Assembly: GCF_963921235.1 (NCBI RefSeq)
Contig: NC_086097.1
Location: 231,324,001-231,388,000, forward strand
Direction of reading: 5' to 3'
Length of the DNA: 64,000 nt
Source of the DNA: Mobula hypostoma
Lineage: Eukaryota
The stretch's first letter is position 1. The number at the start of each line of letters is the position of its first letter. Shown piece after piece: positions 24,490 through 35,213 of this stretch. The notes beneath the pieces are model-generated. The model was not told the DNA's origin. It saw nothing but the letters and a program-made list of their open reading frames with translations, and did no database searches. A program made the translations under genes and the position numbers.

Positions 24490-25106
24490 GTAGCTACTTT
24501 TCCTCTTCATCCTTTTTCTTCTTCTAATTTGTGCATCTTGATCTTGTGAACGTGCATTTAGCTCATTGGCATATTTTCTTGTTAATCCTTCTGTTGCTCC
24601 TTTTACGATCTGATCTCTCTTGGTTTCCTCATTCACAACATCAAGTGACAAATCCTCTGTTTTCGTATGTCCATTGCCTCCTTTCTTCCTGGCCTTTCAT
24701 TCGCCCAGTTGGACTTTGATCTTTGGATCTATTTTCACAACAGCTTTTTGTCTCCCACTTGAAGTTCATGCAATAACCTTAATGCACACAGAGTAGATTC
24801 TGGTTCTTTGTACTCACAAAAGCCAAATGCTTGCAACTTTCCTGAAGCTCCTTGAATTCTCTTCCAGCTTAAAACCAAGCCACATTTTGCAAGTAACTGC
24901 CTGATTAGCATATCAGAAACTTTCTCAGGTATGTTCCCTATGAAAACTCTTGTAGTTGGATCACTGCTTTCATCAATTTCATGCTTCCTCTGAGCAACAT
25001 GGTTCTTCCAAGGTCCAGTAAGCTTTCCAACCAGAGGCACAGAGGTTGGTACCGACACCTGTTTGTCCTCTGTTGGGCAACGGTCTGTGATGTTTGGCAT
25101 GGGGAC
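24490..25106 (-). pseudogene. RBM25: Processed (intronless) fragment of RNA-binding motif protein 25 (RRM and following helical region) inside the Mag element
   Basis: Translation VSVPTSVPLVGK...PTTRVFIGNIPEKVSDMLIRQLLAKCGLVLSWKRIQGASGKLQAFGFCEYKEPESTLCALRLLHELQVGDKKLL(fs)KIDPKIKVQLGE*KARKK...VNEETKRDQIVKGATEGLTRKYANELNARSQDQD matches the vertebrate RBM25 N-terminal region as I recall it. 1-bp frameshift near 24737 and TGA in place of Trp at 24697-24699. Confidence 0.92.
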
Positions 25107-25484
25107 AGTTGTGCCATCATCCAGTACCTTTCTGAATTCGCTCGTAGATAGCTCATTTCAGGGGATGCGGCATGCAAATTGTGGATGGATCTCCAATCAA
25201 ATTGTAGTTGCCTCAGCCGATCACATCCCAACAATGCCATCCCCTTTTTGTTAACCACATACAAGCTCACTGTGACTTGTTGGTTGTATTTCACTGTCAT
25301 GAATGACATTGCAACAAGATTTATCTTTTTTCCAGTTAAAGTTCTTAGCAGGCTTCAGTTGAGTATTTTGGAACTGCTTCTCAAACTAAATTTGTAGAAT
25401 GACTGGAACAGCTGAACCAGTGTCTAATTCCATTTTAATTAATTTGCTGTTCACTTCTGGTATAAGCCATATTGTTTATTTATT

Positions 25485-26484
25485 CAACCAACACACATCA
25501 AAGTTGCTGGTGAACGCAGCAGGCCAAGCAGCATCTGTAGGAAGAGGTGCAGTCGACGTTTCAGGCCGAGACCCTTCGTCAGGACTAACTGAAGGAAGAG
25601 TGAGTAAGGGATTTGAAAGTTGGAGGGGGAGGGGGAGATCCAAAATGATAGGAGAAGACAGGAGGGGGAGGGATAGAGCCAAGAGCTGGACAGGTGATAG
25701 GCAAAAGGGGATATGAGAGGATCATGGGACAGGAGGTCCGGGAAGAAAGACAAGGGGGGGGGACCCAGAGGATGGGCAAGAAGTATATTCAGAGGGACAG
25801 AGGGAGAAAAAGGAGAGTGAGAGAAAGAATGTGTGCATAAAAATAAGTAACAGATGGGGTACGAGGGGGAGGTGGGGCCTTAGCGGAAGTTAGAGAAGTC
25901 GATGTTCATGCCATCAGGTTGGAGGCTACCCAGACGGAATATAAGGTGTTGTTCCTCCAACCTGAGTGTGGCTTCATCTTTACAGTAGAGGAGGCCGTGG
26001 ATAGACATGTCAGAATGGGAATGGGATGTGGAATTAAAATGTGTGGCCACTGGGAGATCCTGCTTTCTCTGGCGGACAGAGCGTAGGTGTTCAGCAAAGC
26101 GGTCTCCCAGTCTGCGTCGGGTCTCGCCAATATATAAAAGGCCACATCAGGAGCACCAGACGCAGTATATCACCTCAGTCGACTCACAGGTGAAGTGTTG
26201 CCTCACCTAGAAGGACTGTTTGGGGCCCTGAATGGTGGTAAGGGAGGAAGTGTAAGGGCATGTGTAGCACTTGTTCCACTAACACGGATAAGTGCCAGGA
26301 GGGAGATCAGTGGGGAGGGATGGGGGGGAACGAATGGACAAGGGAGTTGTGTAGGGAGCGATCCCTGCGGAATGCAGAGAGAGGGGGGGAGGGAAAGATG
26401 TGCTTAGTGGTGGGATCCCGTTGGAGGTGGCGGAAGTTACGTAGAATAATATGTTGGACCCGGAGGCTGGTGGGGTGGTAGGTG
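25485..26484 (-). mobile_element. Penelope-like element 3' part (GIY-YIG + pLTR) inserted between gag and protease of the Mag element
   Basis: TSD GTTTATTTATT at 25474-25484 and 26485-26495. Minus strand encodes GLLYIGETRRRLGDRFAEHLRS...MNIDFSNFR*. Confidence 0.92.
25549..25588 (-). ncRNA. Minimal type-I hammerhead ribozyme, best-preserved copy
   Basis: Minus strand AGUC-CUGACGA-AGGGUCUCGGCCU-GAAAC-GUC^GACU: complete core, GUC triplet, palindromic ACGU helix III. Confidence 0.78.
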
Positions 26485-27929
26485 GTTTATTTATTGTTAA
26501 TTTTCAGACTGTAAATTTTAAGGCTACACAGTCCTGTGTCAATCTCATTGTTATTAGATTTTTCATCAACAGTGTGCATATTCATGCCCTTTTTGAATCT
26601 GCAACCTGACTTTTGTATCTTTTTTCTCTTCTCTGCACAGTGCATTTATTTTTGTTTACCCAACATTCTGTTTGTGTCTTTGTTGCATTTTCTGCAAGTT
26701 TCACCTTTAAATCTGCATTTGTTTGGTGTATGTGAGCCCCTGCCACAATGAATACACAATTTGTCTGGCCAGGCTGGTTTCTGTTTCGACAGTTCAATTT
26801 TATTCATGTTCACTTCCACTCCTGACTGCAACTCAATTGCGTCTCTGTCTGCAATTTCCTTTAAAAAAAGCTAATTCCACTGCTTGTTTGAATGTAAGCT
26901 GTGCTTCCGTTAGCCGTTTTTGAATGCTTTCCTTTTGACCATTAGGCGATATGTTGGAGGAGCAGAGTTAGGCCATTCAGCCCATTGAGCTCGCTCCGCC
27001 ATTTCATCATGGCTGATCCCGGATCCCATTCAACTCCAGTCATCTGCCCTCTCTCCATATCCTTTGATGCGCCAACCAATCAGGAATCTATCGACTGCAC
27101 TTTGCATATACCCACAGACTTGGCTTCCGCTGCAGTCTGTGGTGGAGCATTCCACAGATTCACCACTCTCTGTCTAAAACAATTCCTCCTTACCTCTGTT
27201 CTAAAAGGTCGCCCTTCAATTTTGAGGCTGTGCCCTCTAGTTCTGCATACCCCCACCAGAAGGAACATCCTCTCTGCATTCACCCTATCTAATCCTTTCA
27301 ACATTCAGTTGTCTACAATTAGACTCCCACACATTCTTCTTCATTCCAGTGAGTATAGGCGCAAAGCTGCCAAACGCTCCTCATATGTTAACCTCTTCAA
27401 TCCTGGAATCATCCTTGTGAATCTCCTCTGGACTCTCTCCAATGACAATACATCCTTTCTGAGATGAGGGGCCCAAAACTGTTGACAATACTCCATTCAG
27501 CCTGACTAGTGTCTTATAAAACTTCAGTATTATCTCCTTGTGTTTATATTCTATTCCCCTTGAAATAAATGCCAACATTGCATTTGTCTTTTTTACCACA
27601 GACTCAACCTGTAAATTAACTTTCTCGGAGTCTTGCACAAGTCCTTTTGCACCTCTGATGTTTGAATTTTCTCCCCATTTAGATAATAGTCTGCACTACT
27701 GTTCCTTTTACCAAAATGCATTATCATACATTTCTCAACACTGTATTCCACTTGACACTGTTTTGCTCATTTTTCTAATTTGTCCAAGTCCTGCTACAAT
27801 CGCATTGTTTATTCAGCACTACCTACCCCTCCACCTATCTTCATATCATCTGCAAACTTTGTCACAAAGCCATCAATTCCACTGTCTAAATCATTGACAA
27901 ACACTGTGAAAAGTAGTGGTCCCAATACT

Positions 27930-29700
27930 TAAAAAAAAATTTTTTTAATTCAATTTTCAAATTTAATTACATAGAATAATATCTACCCTCCCTCTCCCCT
28001 TAACCCTTCCCCATAACATACCCCTACCTAAAAAAAGAAAAAAAACAGAAAAAAAGAAAGAAATAAAAGAAAGATAAATTATAAAAAAAAGAATAACAAA
28101 ATACCCCCCTACTAAAGTTGCGAGTAAAAAAACCCATAACATTACCCCCCTCCATTTTGCCAGCCATGGCTGCTGCCATGATTACACACATGAATCCCGT
28201 AGCAATCGATCAGTAGTTCTTCCAGCTCCCCCATAACAAAAAGAAAACATATATATAAAAAAAACTTTAATATCACTACTCCAAACTAATATTCCTCAAA
28301 CTTTTACATTTCTTCACCTCTATCATATAATTAAGAATATATTTGTATATTCTTCCACCCTTAAAGATCCACCAAGTCTATTCCCTATCCCAGTCTTCAT
28401 CTTTAATACATCTTGCTCCCCTAGATTTCTTTCTGTGTCTAGCGAATATTCAAAGATTCTTGTACAAACTCCTCCGCCTTCCGATAATCAGTAAAAAAAA
28501 TTCTTTTTCCGTCAGCCAAAAAAATCTTCAACGTTGCAGGATGGCGCAATATAAATTGATAACCATTTTCCCATAGGACTTTTTTCACTGGGTTGAATTC
28601 CTTCCTTCTCTTCAAAAGTTCATAACTTATGTCAGGGTAGAAAAGAACTCTGTTCCCTTCTATCATCAATGGCCCGTTTCTTTTTTTTGGCACCTTGTGC
28701 AGCCGCCTGCAGGATCCTTTCTTTATCTTGATATCTTAAACATTTTATTAAAATTGATCGCGGATTTTGGTCATGTTGTGGTTTTGGTCTTAAAGCTCTA
28801 TGTGCCCTTTCAATTTCAATTGACGGATTTCCCCCTTCCATTTGCAAAATTTCCTGGATCCATCTTTGAAAAAATTAATTGGATCCTCCCCCTCTATACC
28901 TTCTTTAAGACCAATAATCTTAATATTATTTCGCCTACTAAAATTTTCCAGCACATCCACTTTTTCCAACAGCCATTTTCTTTCTGTTGTCCAGGCAAGG
29001 GTATTATCTTCTATCTTGTCCACTCTAGCTTTGGTGTCCTCTATTATTTCTTTCAACTTTTTAATTTTCTTATCCATTTTCTCCTGTTTTTTTTCATAAC
29101 ATTATCAAACATAGTCTTCATGTTTTTAACATCTGTTTTTATTAATTTTAATTCAGCCATTATTTGCACTAAGGCCTCTCTTATGTCTCCACGATGTTTT
29201 TTACTTTTAATCTCTTCTTGTTCTTCTTCCTCCTTTTCTTCATCTGTATTCACCGGGGGATCTGATTCTAACTCCAAATCACTCTCACTTTCAGTGGCAA
29301 TCGGATCTTGTAGTTCGGCTTGTACTGATTTGTGCATGCCCGCTTCTTTATGCATGTGCAATTCACACTTCTTCTTCCTAGAGACTGCTGCCATTGCCGC
29401 TCCCTCCTATTCTTCAATGCCGGAGACAAAGTGTGTCTCCTCGAAAGGAGATCCAACCTGAGCACGAGGTTCCATTGTAGTAGTAGGCCCTTTTTTCTTC
29501 CCATCTCGCGGTGTCATCAAAATGGTAGTCTTCTTCTGTTTCTGTTTATAAGGCATATCTTAAAATAATCTTGAGTAGTTTATAAGTAGTTTTCAAAAAA
29601 TATTTATTAACTTTTCTTTATTTAAATGATACTTTACTGATTTTTTACAGGACAGCTGGATTTCCACGTCTCGATCCTACGTCATCACGTGACGTTCCCC
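27930..29700 (-). mobile_element. L1/Tx1-like element containing 5' UTR, ORF1 and 3' tail but no ORF2
   Basis: 14-bp TSD GTGGTCCCAATACT at 27916-27929 and 29701-29714. ORF1 motifs LENFSRRNNIKIIGLKEGIE, IERAHRAL, PRSILIKCLRYQDKE, FYPDIS..LLKRRKEF, LRHPATLKI (frameshifted). G-rich 3' end then an A-tract. Confidence 0.85.
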
Positions 29701-30120
29701 GTGGTCCCAATACTGACCCCTGTGGAACACCACTAGTCACTGGCAGCCAGCCAGAAAAGGCCCCTTTTATTCCCACCCACTGCCTCCTCTATCCATGCCA
29801 GTGTCTTTCCTGTAACACCATACGATTTTACTTGTTAAGCAGTCACCTGTGAGGCACCTTATCAAACACCTTCTGAAAATCCAAGTAAATGACACCCACT
29901 GCTTCTGCTTTGTCCACCTGCTTGTTACTTCCTCAAAGAACTCTAGCACATTTGTCAGGCAAGATTTCCCTTCACAGAAACCATGCTGACTTTGATTTAT
30001 TTTATCATTAGTCTCCCAGTACCCTGAAACCTTGTCCTTAATAATGGAATCCAACACTTACCCAACCACTGAGGTTAGGCTAACTGGCCTATAATTTCCT
30101 TTCTTTTGCTTTCCCCCCCT

Positions 30121-31180
30121 TCTTTTTTTTTAATTTTATTTTTATTTGGATAAGGAATTCACAATTATCATGTACTTTTTTCACACATATAACCTTTTCC
30201 ATTTTTTTATATGTATAAAACTACAATTATTTATACATTCTTAAGTACACATTGAGATGATATAAAAGGAAAATAAACATTTAAATAGATAATTATGTAC
30301 TGTGGTAAATCTAACCTATTAGGCTAAGTAATGAAATTAGTTGTTAAGAAAAATGGTAATAATAGTTTCCATACAACCCTTCTGGACCATTTCCACTGGT
30401 CCAAAATGTTGCATACAAGCCTATATACCAACCATTGTAGGTGTTTATATCCCAATTTGTTCGTGCTTGTTCCTGCCCGCAGACATAATTATCCAATCCC
30501 TATGTACTTATTTACTTAATTCTTTCATTTTTTTTATCCCTTTCCCAAATCTTTCCCTTTACTTGTGTTAATTCTCTATTTTCCAAAAAAAAACAACAAA
30601 CATTTAGACTAGGGGTGCTTACGTTAGCAATATTACTGTGTTGATGAGAAGAGCAATATAAATCATTAGGAGAGTCATCTAAAGTCTGCTCGCATTGGGG
30701 TTATATATTCAATCCATTTATTCCAGATTTGATAAAATGTTTCTTTTTGAGTTCTCAGGGAGTAAGTCAACTTTTCCATTTTAAATATTTCCAAGATAAT
30801 TTTGTACCAATCTTCTAATGTAGGTGGTATTGGATTTAGCCATTTTCTAGTGATTGATTTCTTACTTGCCGCTAAGAGGGCCTGCAGCAACTTTATATCT
30901 TCCTTCTGTTCAAGGAACAATACATGCCCCAAATAGAGCGTCTCAAAGTTCAGAGGTATCTGGGACCTAAGTACCTTAACTAATGTTCTATGAATACCTT
31001 CCCAAAATAGACTTAATTTAGGGCAATCCCAGAAAATATGAAAATGATTTGCCTCCTTGGAGCCGCACCTTCTCCAACACATCAGATTTGTATCTTTATA
31101 TTTTTCCTGATATGGGGTCTTGAAGTATCTTATAATGTTTTTCCAACAATGTTTTCTCCAAGTCAAAGAATTAGTCGAGG
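30121..31180 (-). mobile_element. L1/Tx1-like LINE 3' fragment (C-terminal zinc finger + 3' UTR + poly A)
   Basis: CWRRCGSKEANHFHIFWDCPKL...W motif in ORF 30675-31223. AATAAA and A-tract at about 30121-30145 on the minus strand. Confidence 0.88.
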
Positions 31181-32058
31181 AATGGAAAATTGCAAATGTC
31201 AAAGAATGGAGTGACATTTGCAATTTTCCATTCCTCTGGATTCTTGAAAATCATGACTAATGCATCTGTTATCTCTTCAGTAACATCTCTCAGGACTCTG
31301 GAATGTAGTCCATCTGGTCATGGTGATTTATCCACCTTAAGAGCTTTGAATTTGCCAGCACTTTTTCCTTTGTAATAGCAATGGCACTCACTCCTTGACA
31401 CTTCCTGACACTCACGGACCTCTGGCACACTGACTACTGTCTTCCATAGTAAAGAATGAAGCAAAGTACTCATTAAGTTCATCCACCATGTCTTTGCCCC
31501 CTATTACTACCTCACCAGCAGCATTTTCCAGTGCTCCAATATTAACTCTCACCTCCCTTTTATTCTTTATATAACTGAAAAAACTTTTCAGTTCAAAGTC
31601 CACAAACTAAACAATCTCTTAGTGTATTTTTAAGACCATTACTGAACTGACAATGCTCAGACAATCACTTCAACTCAGCCACATACACTGAAATGGACTC
31701 TGCTTCTTTTTGATTCCACTTATGAAACCTAAATTGTTTAGCAATCAACAATGGCTTTGATTCTAAGTGTTTCTCTATTACTTTTACAATAGCAGCAAAA
31801 GGTAATTTCTGATGGTTTGGTTGGAGCAGTCAAACTTCAAAGCAAACTATAAGCCTTTAAACCCAATTAACTCAGCAAAATTGCTACTCGTTTCTCATTG
31901 GCTATTTCATTTGCTTCAAAATACTGTTCCAATAGCTCAATATACATGAGCCAAATGCCTGTTGTGTAATCAAACTTGTGAAATTTTCTGATGTAGCCAG
32001 CCATTTCTGATTTTTAAAAAATGATTATTATCACCCAGTACTCAATCTTTATGAACCC

Positions 32059-34723
32059 TGAATTCTTCCATTTTCAACTTAAAAAAAACTTGATCATGTC
32101 TTCCCTTCTGAAGACTGTCTCTATATGTGCTGGGCTGCGCTAAGCTGTTTTTTTACTTCAAACGTCTTGCTCCTTATCACATGGTAGCGTGATGACATAT
32201 GCAATTAACGTAACTTTACACATAACCCATAATTAATTGTTCAAACAAATAAAAATGCTCAAACAACCTATATACAAAACTATTTAAATATTACTTGAAT
32301 ATTAAATTCACAACAGTTCTGAATGTTAGGCTGTTATTGTGACCAGTGGAACACTTGCACTGATAATTTGGTTGTTTGCGAACTGTGAAATGTGTTATTG
32401 ATTCCGTGGGAATACCTATAAAATTACCAGATAATGTATATAAGTGTTAACTTTGCTATGATGCCATGGCAAATAAACCATTTGAAAATAAAAGGATGAT
32501 GGAACTTGCAAATGAGTAGAAAGAAGGATAACATTGAATAGTGCCTCTCTGGAGTTGGTGAAATTAACCTGCATTATTTAAACATTCTTTGAATATACAC
32601 AAGGTTGATTCTTCTCTCAGTGACTCATCTTTAACTAGCAATTCAGATAGAGCAGCCACATGAATATTGTGTCCACAAGAGTAGGTCATTGGCTGGTGAT
32701 CTTGTGATAAGTGACTTATCATCTCCCTCTCCAAAATCTTTCAACCATCCATGCATAATGAGCCTAATAGGCTCTCAGCTTAACTAGATACACCATCCAA
32801 CACATTTCTAGAAGCTCAAAATCACGCCAGACAAAGCACGTCCCTTGACTGTCACACCATGCACCATACCAACTAACCATTCTTCCCACAACCACTCTGC
32901 AACGGTTGCACAATTTATTCTACTCTGAAGCCAATACCTCTCAAGATCTTTCCTGAGCCCAACATATTGACGGCACTACAAAGAAGTCATACCAGCAGCT
33001 ATATTTCAGTAGGAGTTTGATGAGATTTGATATATTAATAAGCTCCACGTTGCCATTGCCATTGCTTCAATATCTCCTTGAGTAATTGAATCCTCGATTT
33101 CCTCACCAGTGGTCCATCAGCCAGTCCTCATCGGAGGCTCGGAGGTGGAGAGGGTCGGCAACTTTAAATTCCTTGGTGTTATCATTTCAGAGGACATGTC
33201 CTGGGCCCAGTACAGAAGTGCAATTAAGATAAAAGTACGGCAGTGCCTCTACTTCCTTAGGACTTTGGTAGATTCGGTATGACATCTAAAACTTGGACAA
33301 ACTTCAAAAGATGTGTAGTGGAGGGTATATTGACTGGCTGCATCATAGCCTGGTATGGAAACACCAATGTCTTTGAATGTAAAATCCTACAAAAAGTAGA
33401 GAATATGGCCCAGCCCATCTCAGGTAAAGCACTCCAAACTGTTGACCATATCTACATGAAACACTATTGCAGGAAGGCAGCATCCATCATGAGAGACCCC
33501 CACCACCAAGGTCATGCTCTCTTTTCTTGCTGCTACCATCAGGAAGAAGATACAAGAGCCTCTGGACTCGCACCACCAGGTTCAGGATCAGCTACTATCC
33601 CTCAACCATCAGGCTCCTGAACCAAAGAGGATAACTGCACTCATCTTCATTTCCCCTATCATTGAAATGTTCCCAAAATCAATGGACACACTTTCAAGGA
33701 CTCTTCATCTCGCGTTCTCAATTTTTATTGTTTATTTAATTATTACTGTTGTTTCTTCTTTCTGCATTTGCACAGTTTGTTGCCTTCTGTTCTCTGGCTG
33801 AACACCCTAGTTGGTTGGTCTTTCATTGATTCTGTTATAGTCATTATTCTATAGATTTGTTGAGTCTGTCCACAAGAAACTGAATCTCAAGGTTGTATAT
33901 AGTGACATATATGTACTTTGATAATAATACAATTTACTTTGAACTTTGACTCTTGCAAATTTCTTCTGATTGGTTGCATCGCCATCTGGTGTGGAGACAC
34001 CACTGCACAGGATTGGAAAAAGCAGCAGCTGGTTGCAAACTTAGCCAGTTCCATCATGGTCACTAGCCTCCCTCCCAATGAGGTGATATTCAAAAGGCGA
34101 TGCCTTTCAATACCTCCTACCTCACCTTTTTCTCTCCTTTTATATTATATATTGTAATTAACTCTATATTGTAATTTGTAGTAATTGTACTGCTGCCACA
34201 GAACAACGGATTTCACGACACACGTCAGAGATAGTAAACCTGATTCTGATTCTGGAGCATCAACACATCAAAGCTTCTCAACAGCATTTGCTAAACTGTA
34301 ATCTCTGCCACCTTGAAAGTCAGGAGCAGCATTATGAGGTCCCGTTTAAGTTGCACTCCAAACTGACATGGAAACATTGCCATTGCTTCATCGCCACAGT
34401 TCGCAAACAACCAAATTATCAGTGCAAGTGTTCCACTGGTCACAATAACAGCCTAACATTCAGAACTGTTGTGAATTTAATATTCAAGTAATATTTAAAT
34501 AGTTTTGTATATAGGTTGTTTGAGCATTTTTATTTGTTTGAACAATTAATTATGGGTTATGTGTAAAGTTACGTTAATTGCATATGTCATCACGCTACCA
34601 TGTGATAAGGAGCAAGACGTTTGAAGTAAAAAAACAGCTTAGCGCAGCCCAGCACATATAGAGACAGTCTTCAGAAGGGAAGACATGATCAAGTTTTTTT
34701 TAAGTTGAAAATGGAAGAATTCA
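32059..34723. repeat. 329-bp inverted duplication (32059-32387 versus 34395-34723)
   Basis: No mismatch found by eye, including the A8 and T7 homopolymer runs. Confidence 0.93.
33115..34255 (+). mobile_element. Rex1/Babar-like 3' fragments
   Basis: GGSEVERV.NFKFLGV, EGILTGCIIAWYGN, KAASIMRDPHH. (GAACTTT) and (CTGATT) tails. Confidence 0.8.
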
Positions 34724-34953
34724 TCATCATATCATCATATTAGAAGTGTATCCAAGCCAGTAAGTGCAAAACACTCAGGGATTCTTCAAACCAATCTATA
34801 AAGGACAAAATAACAAAGTGAGTCCAATCATGAAATGTGCTATTTTAAATAACTTATTTTCAGATGGGCCAACTACAAAACAATGGAGTTGATCTCAAAG
34901 TGGCACCTAATTATCAGGATATTGTGCGAAGTGCTTCACAACAGTTTTCACTC

Positions 34954-35213
34954 CGGTAGCATTGGGGTTAGTGTGGCCCTATTACAGCTTGAGGCGTTCT
35001 GGAGTTAGGAGTTCAATTCCAGCACTGTCTGCAAGGAGTTCAGACGTTCTCCCTCCGGGTGCTCTGGTGTCCTCCCACAGTCCAAAGATGTACCAGCGAG
35101 TAGGCGAATTGGTTATTGTAAATTGTCCTGTGATTGGGGCGAGTGGTTGGTTGCTGGGTGGAGTGGCTCGTTAGGCTGAAGGGGCTGTTCCGTGCTGTAT
35201 CTCTAAATAAATA
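34954..35213 (+). mobile_element. tRNA-derived V-SINE (HE1-like) with CR1-type tail
   Basis: B-box GGAGTTCAATTCC, V-domain CCGGGTGCTCTGGTGTCCTCCCACAGTCCAAAGA, tail GAAGGGGCTGTTCCGTGCTGTATCTCTAAATAAATAA. Confidence 0.75.

Larger units (their letters stand above)
26945..31590 (-). mobile_element. Degenerate CR1 inserted in Mag gag, split by two L1-like insertions
   Basis: QSQHGFCEGKSCLTNVLEFFEEV, RGHSLKIEGRPFRTEVRRN, FFSYIKNKREVRVNIG. Continuity across both inserts. Confidence 0.87.
17380..32315 (-). mobile_element. Mag-clade Gypsy LTR retrotransposon, internally deleted, carrying an RBM25 cDNA fragment, with multiple nested insertions
   Basis: TSD GTTCT at 17375-17379 and 32316-32320. 3' LTR is 17380-17574 plus 24120-24172 (split by Tc1). 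Partial 5' LTR about 32168-32315. Polypurine tract (PPT) GAGAGGAG at 24173-24180 (minus). gag starts at 32004 (MAGYIRKFHKFDYTTGIWLMYIELLEQYFEANEI). Zn knuckle CIHCGRGSHTPNKC..CRKCNK at about 26690-26760. Protease ELDTGSAV at about 25405-25430. pol tail ...RHYPTRIQNLPQQFTL* ends at about 24308. Confidence 0.88.

Noticed and set aside
24490..25106. RBM25 as the genuine host gene
   Set aside because: It is partial, intronless, has a frameshift and a premature stop, and is embedded between retrotransposon protease and pol-tail sequence.
28697..29461. 254-aa hydrophobic plus-strand ORF resembling a membrane protein
   Set aside because: Antisense of the A-rich L1 ORF1. The Phe/Leu richness is a compositional artefact.
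32059..34723. DNA transposon with 329-bp terminal inverted repeats
   Set aside because: The left arm is an integral part of the older Mag element and its flank. There is no TSD outside the arms and no transposase in the spacer.
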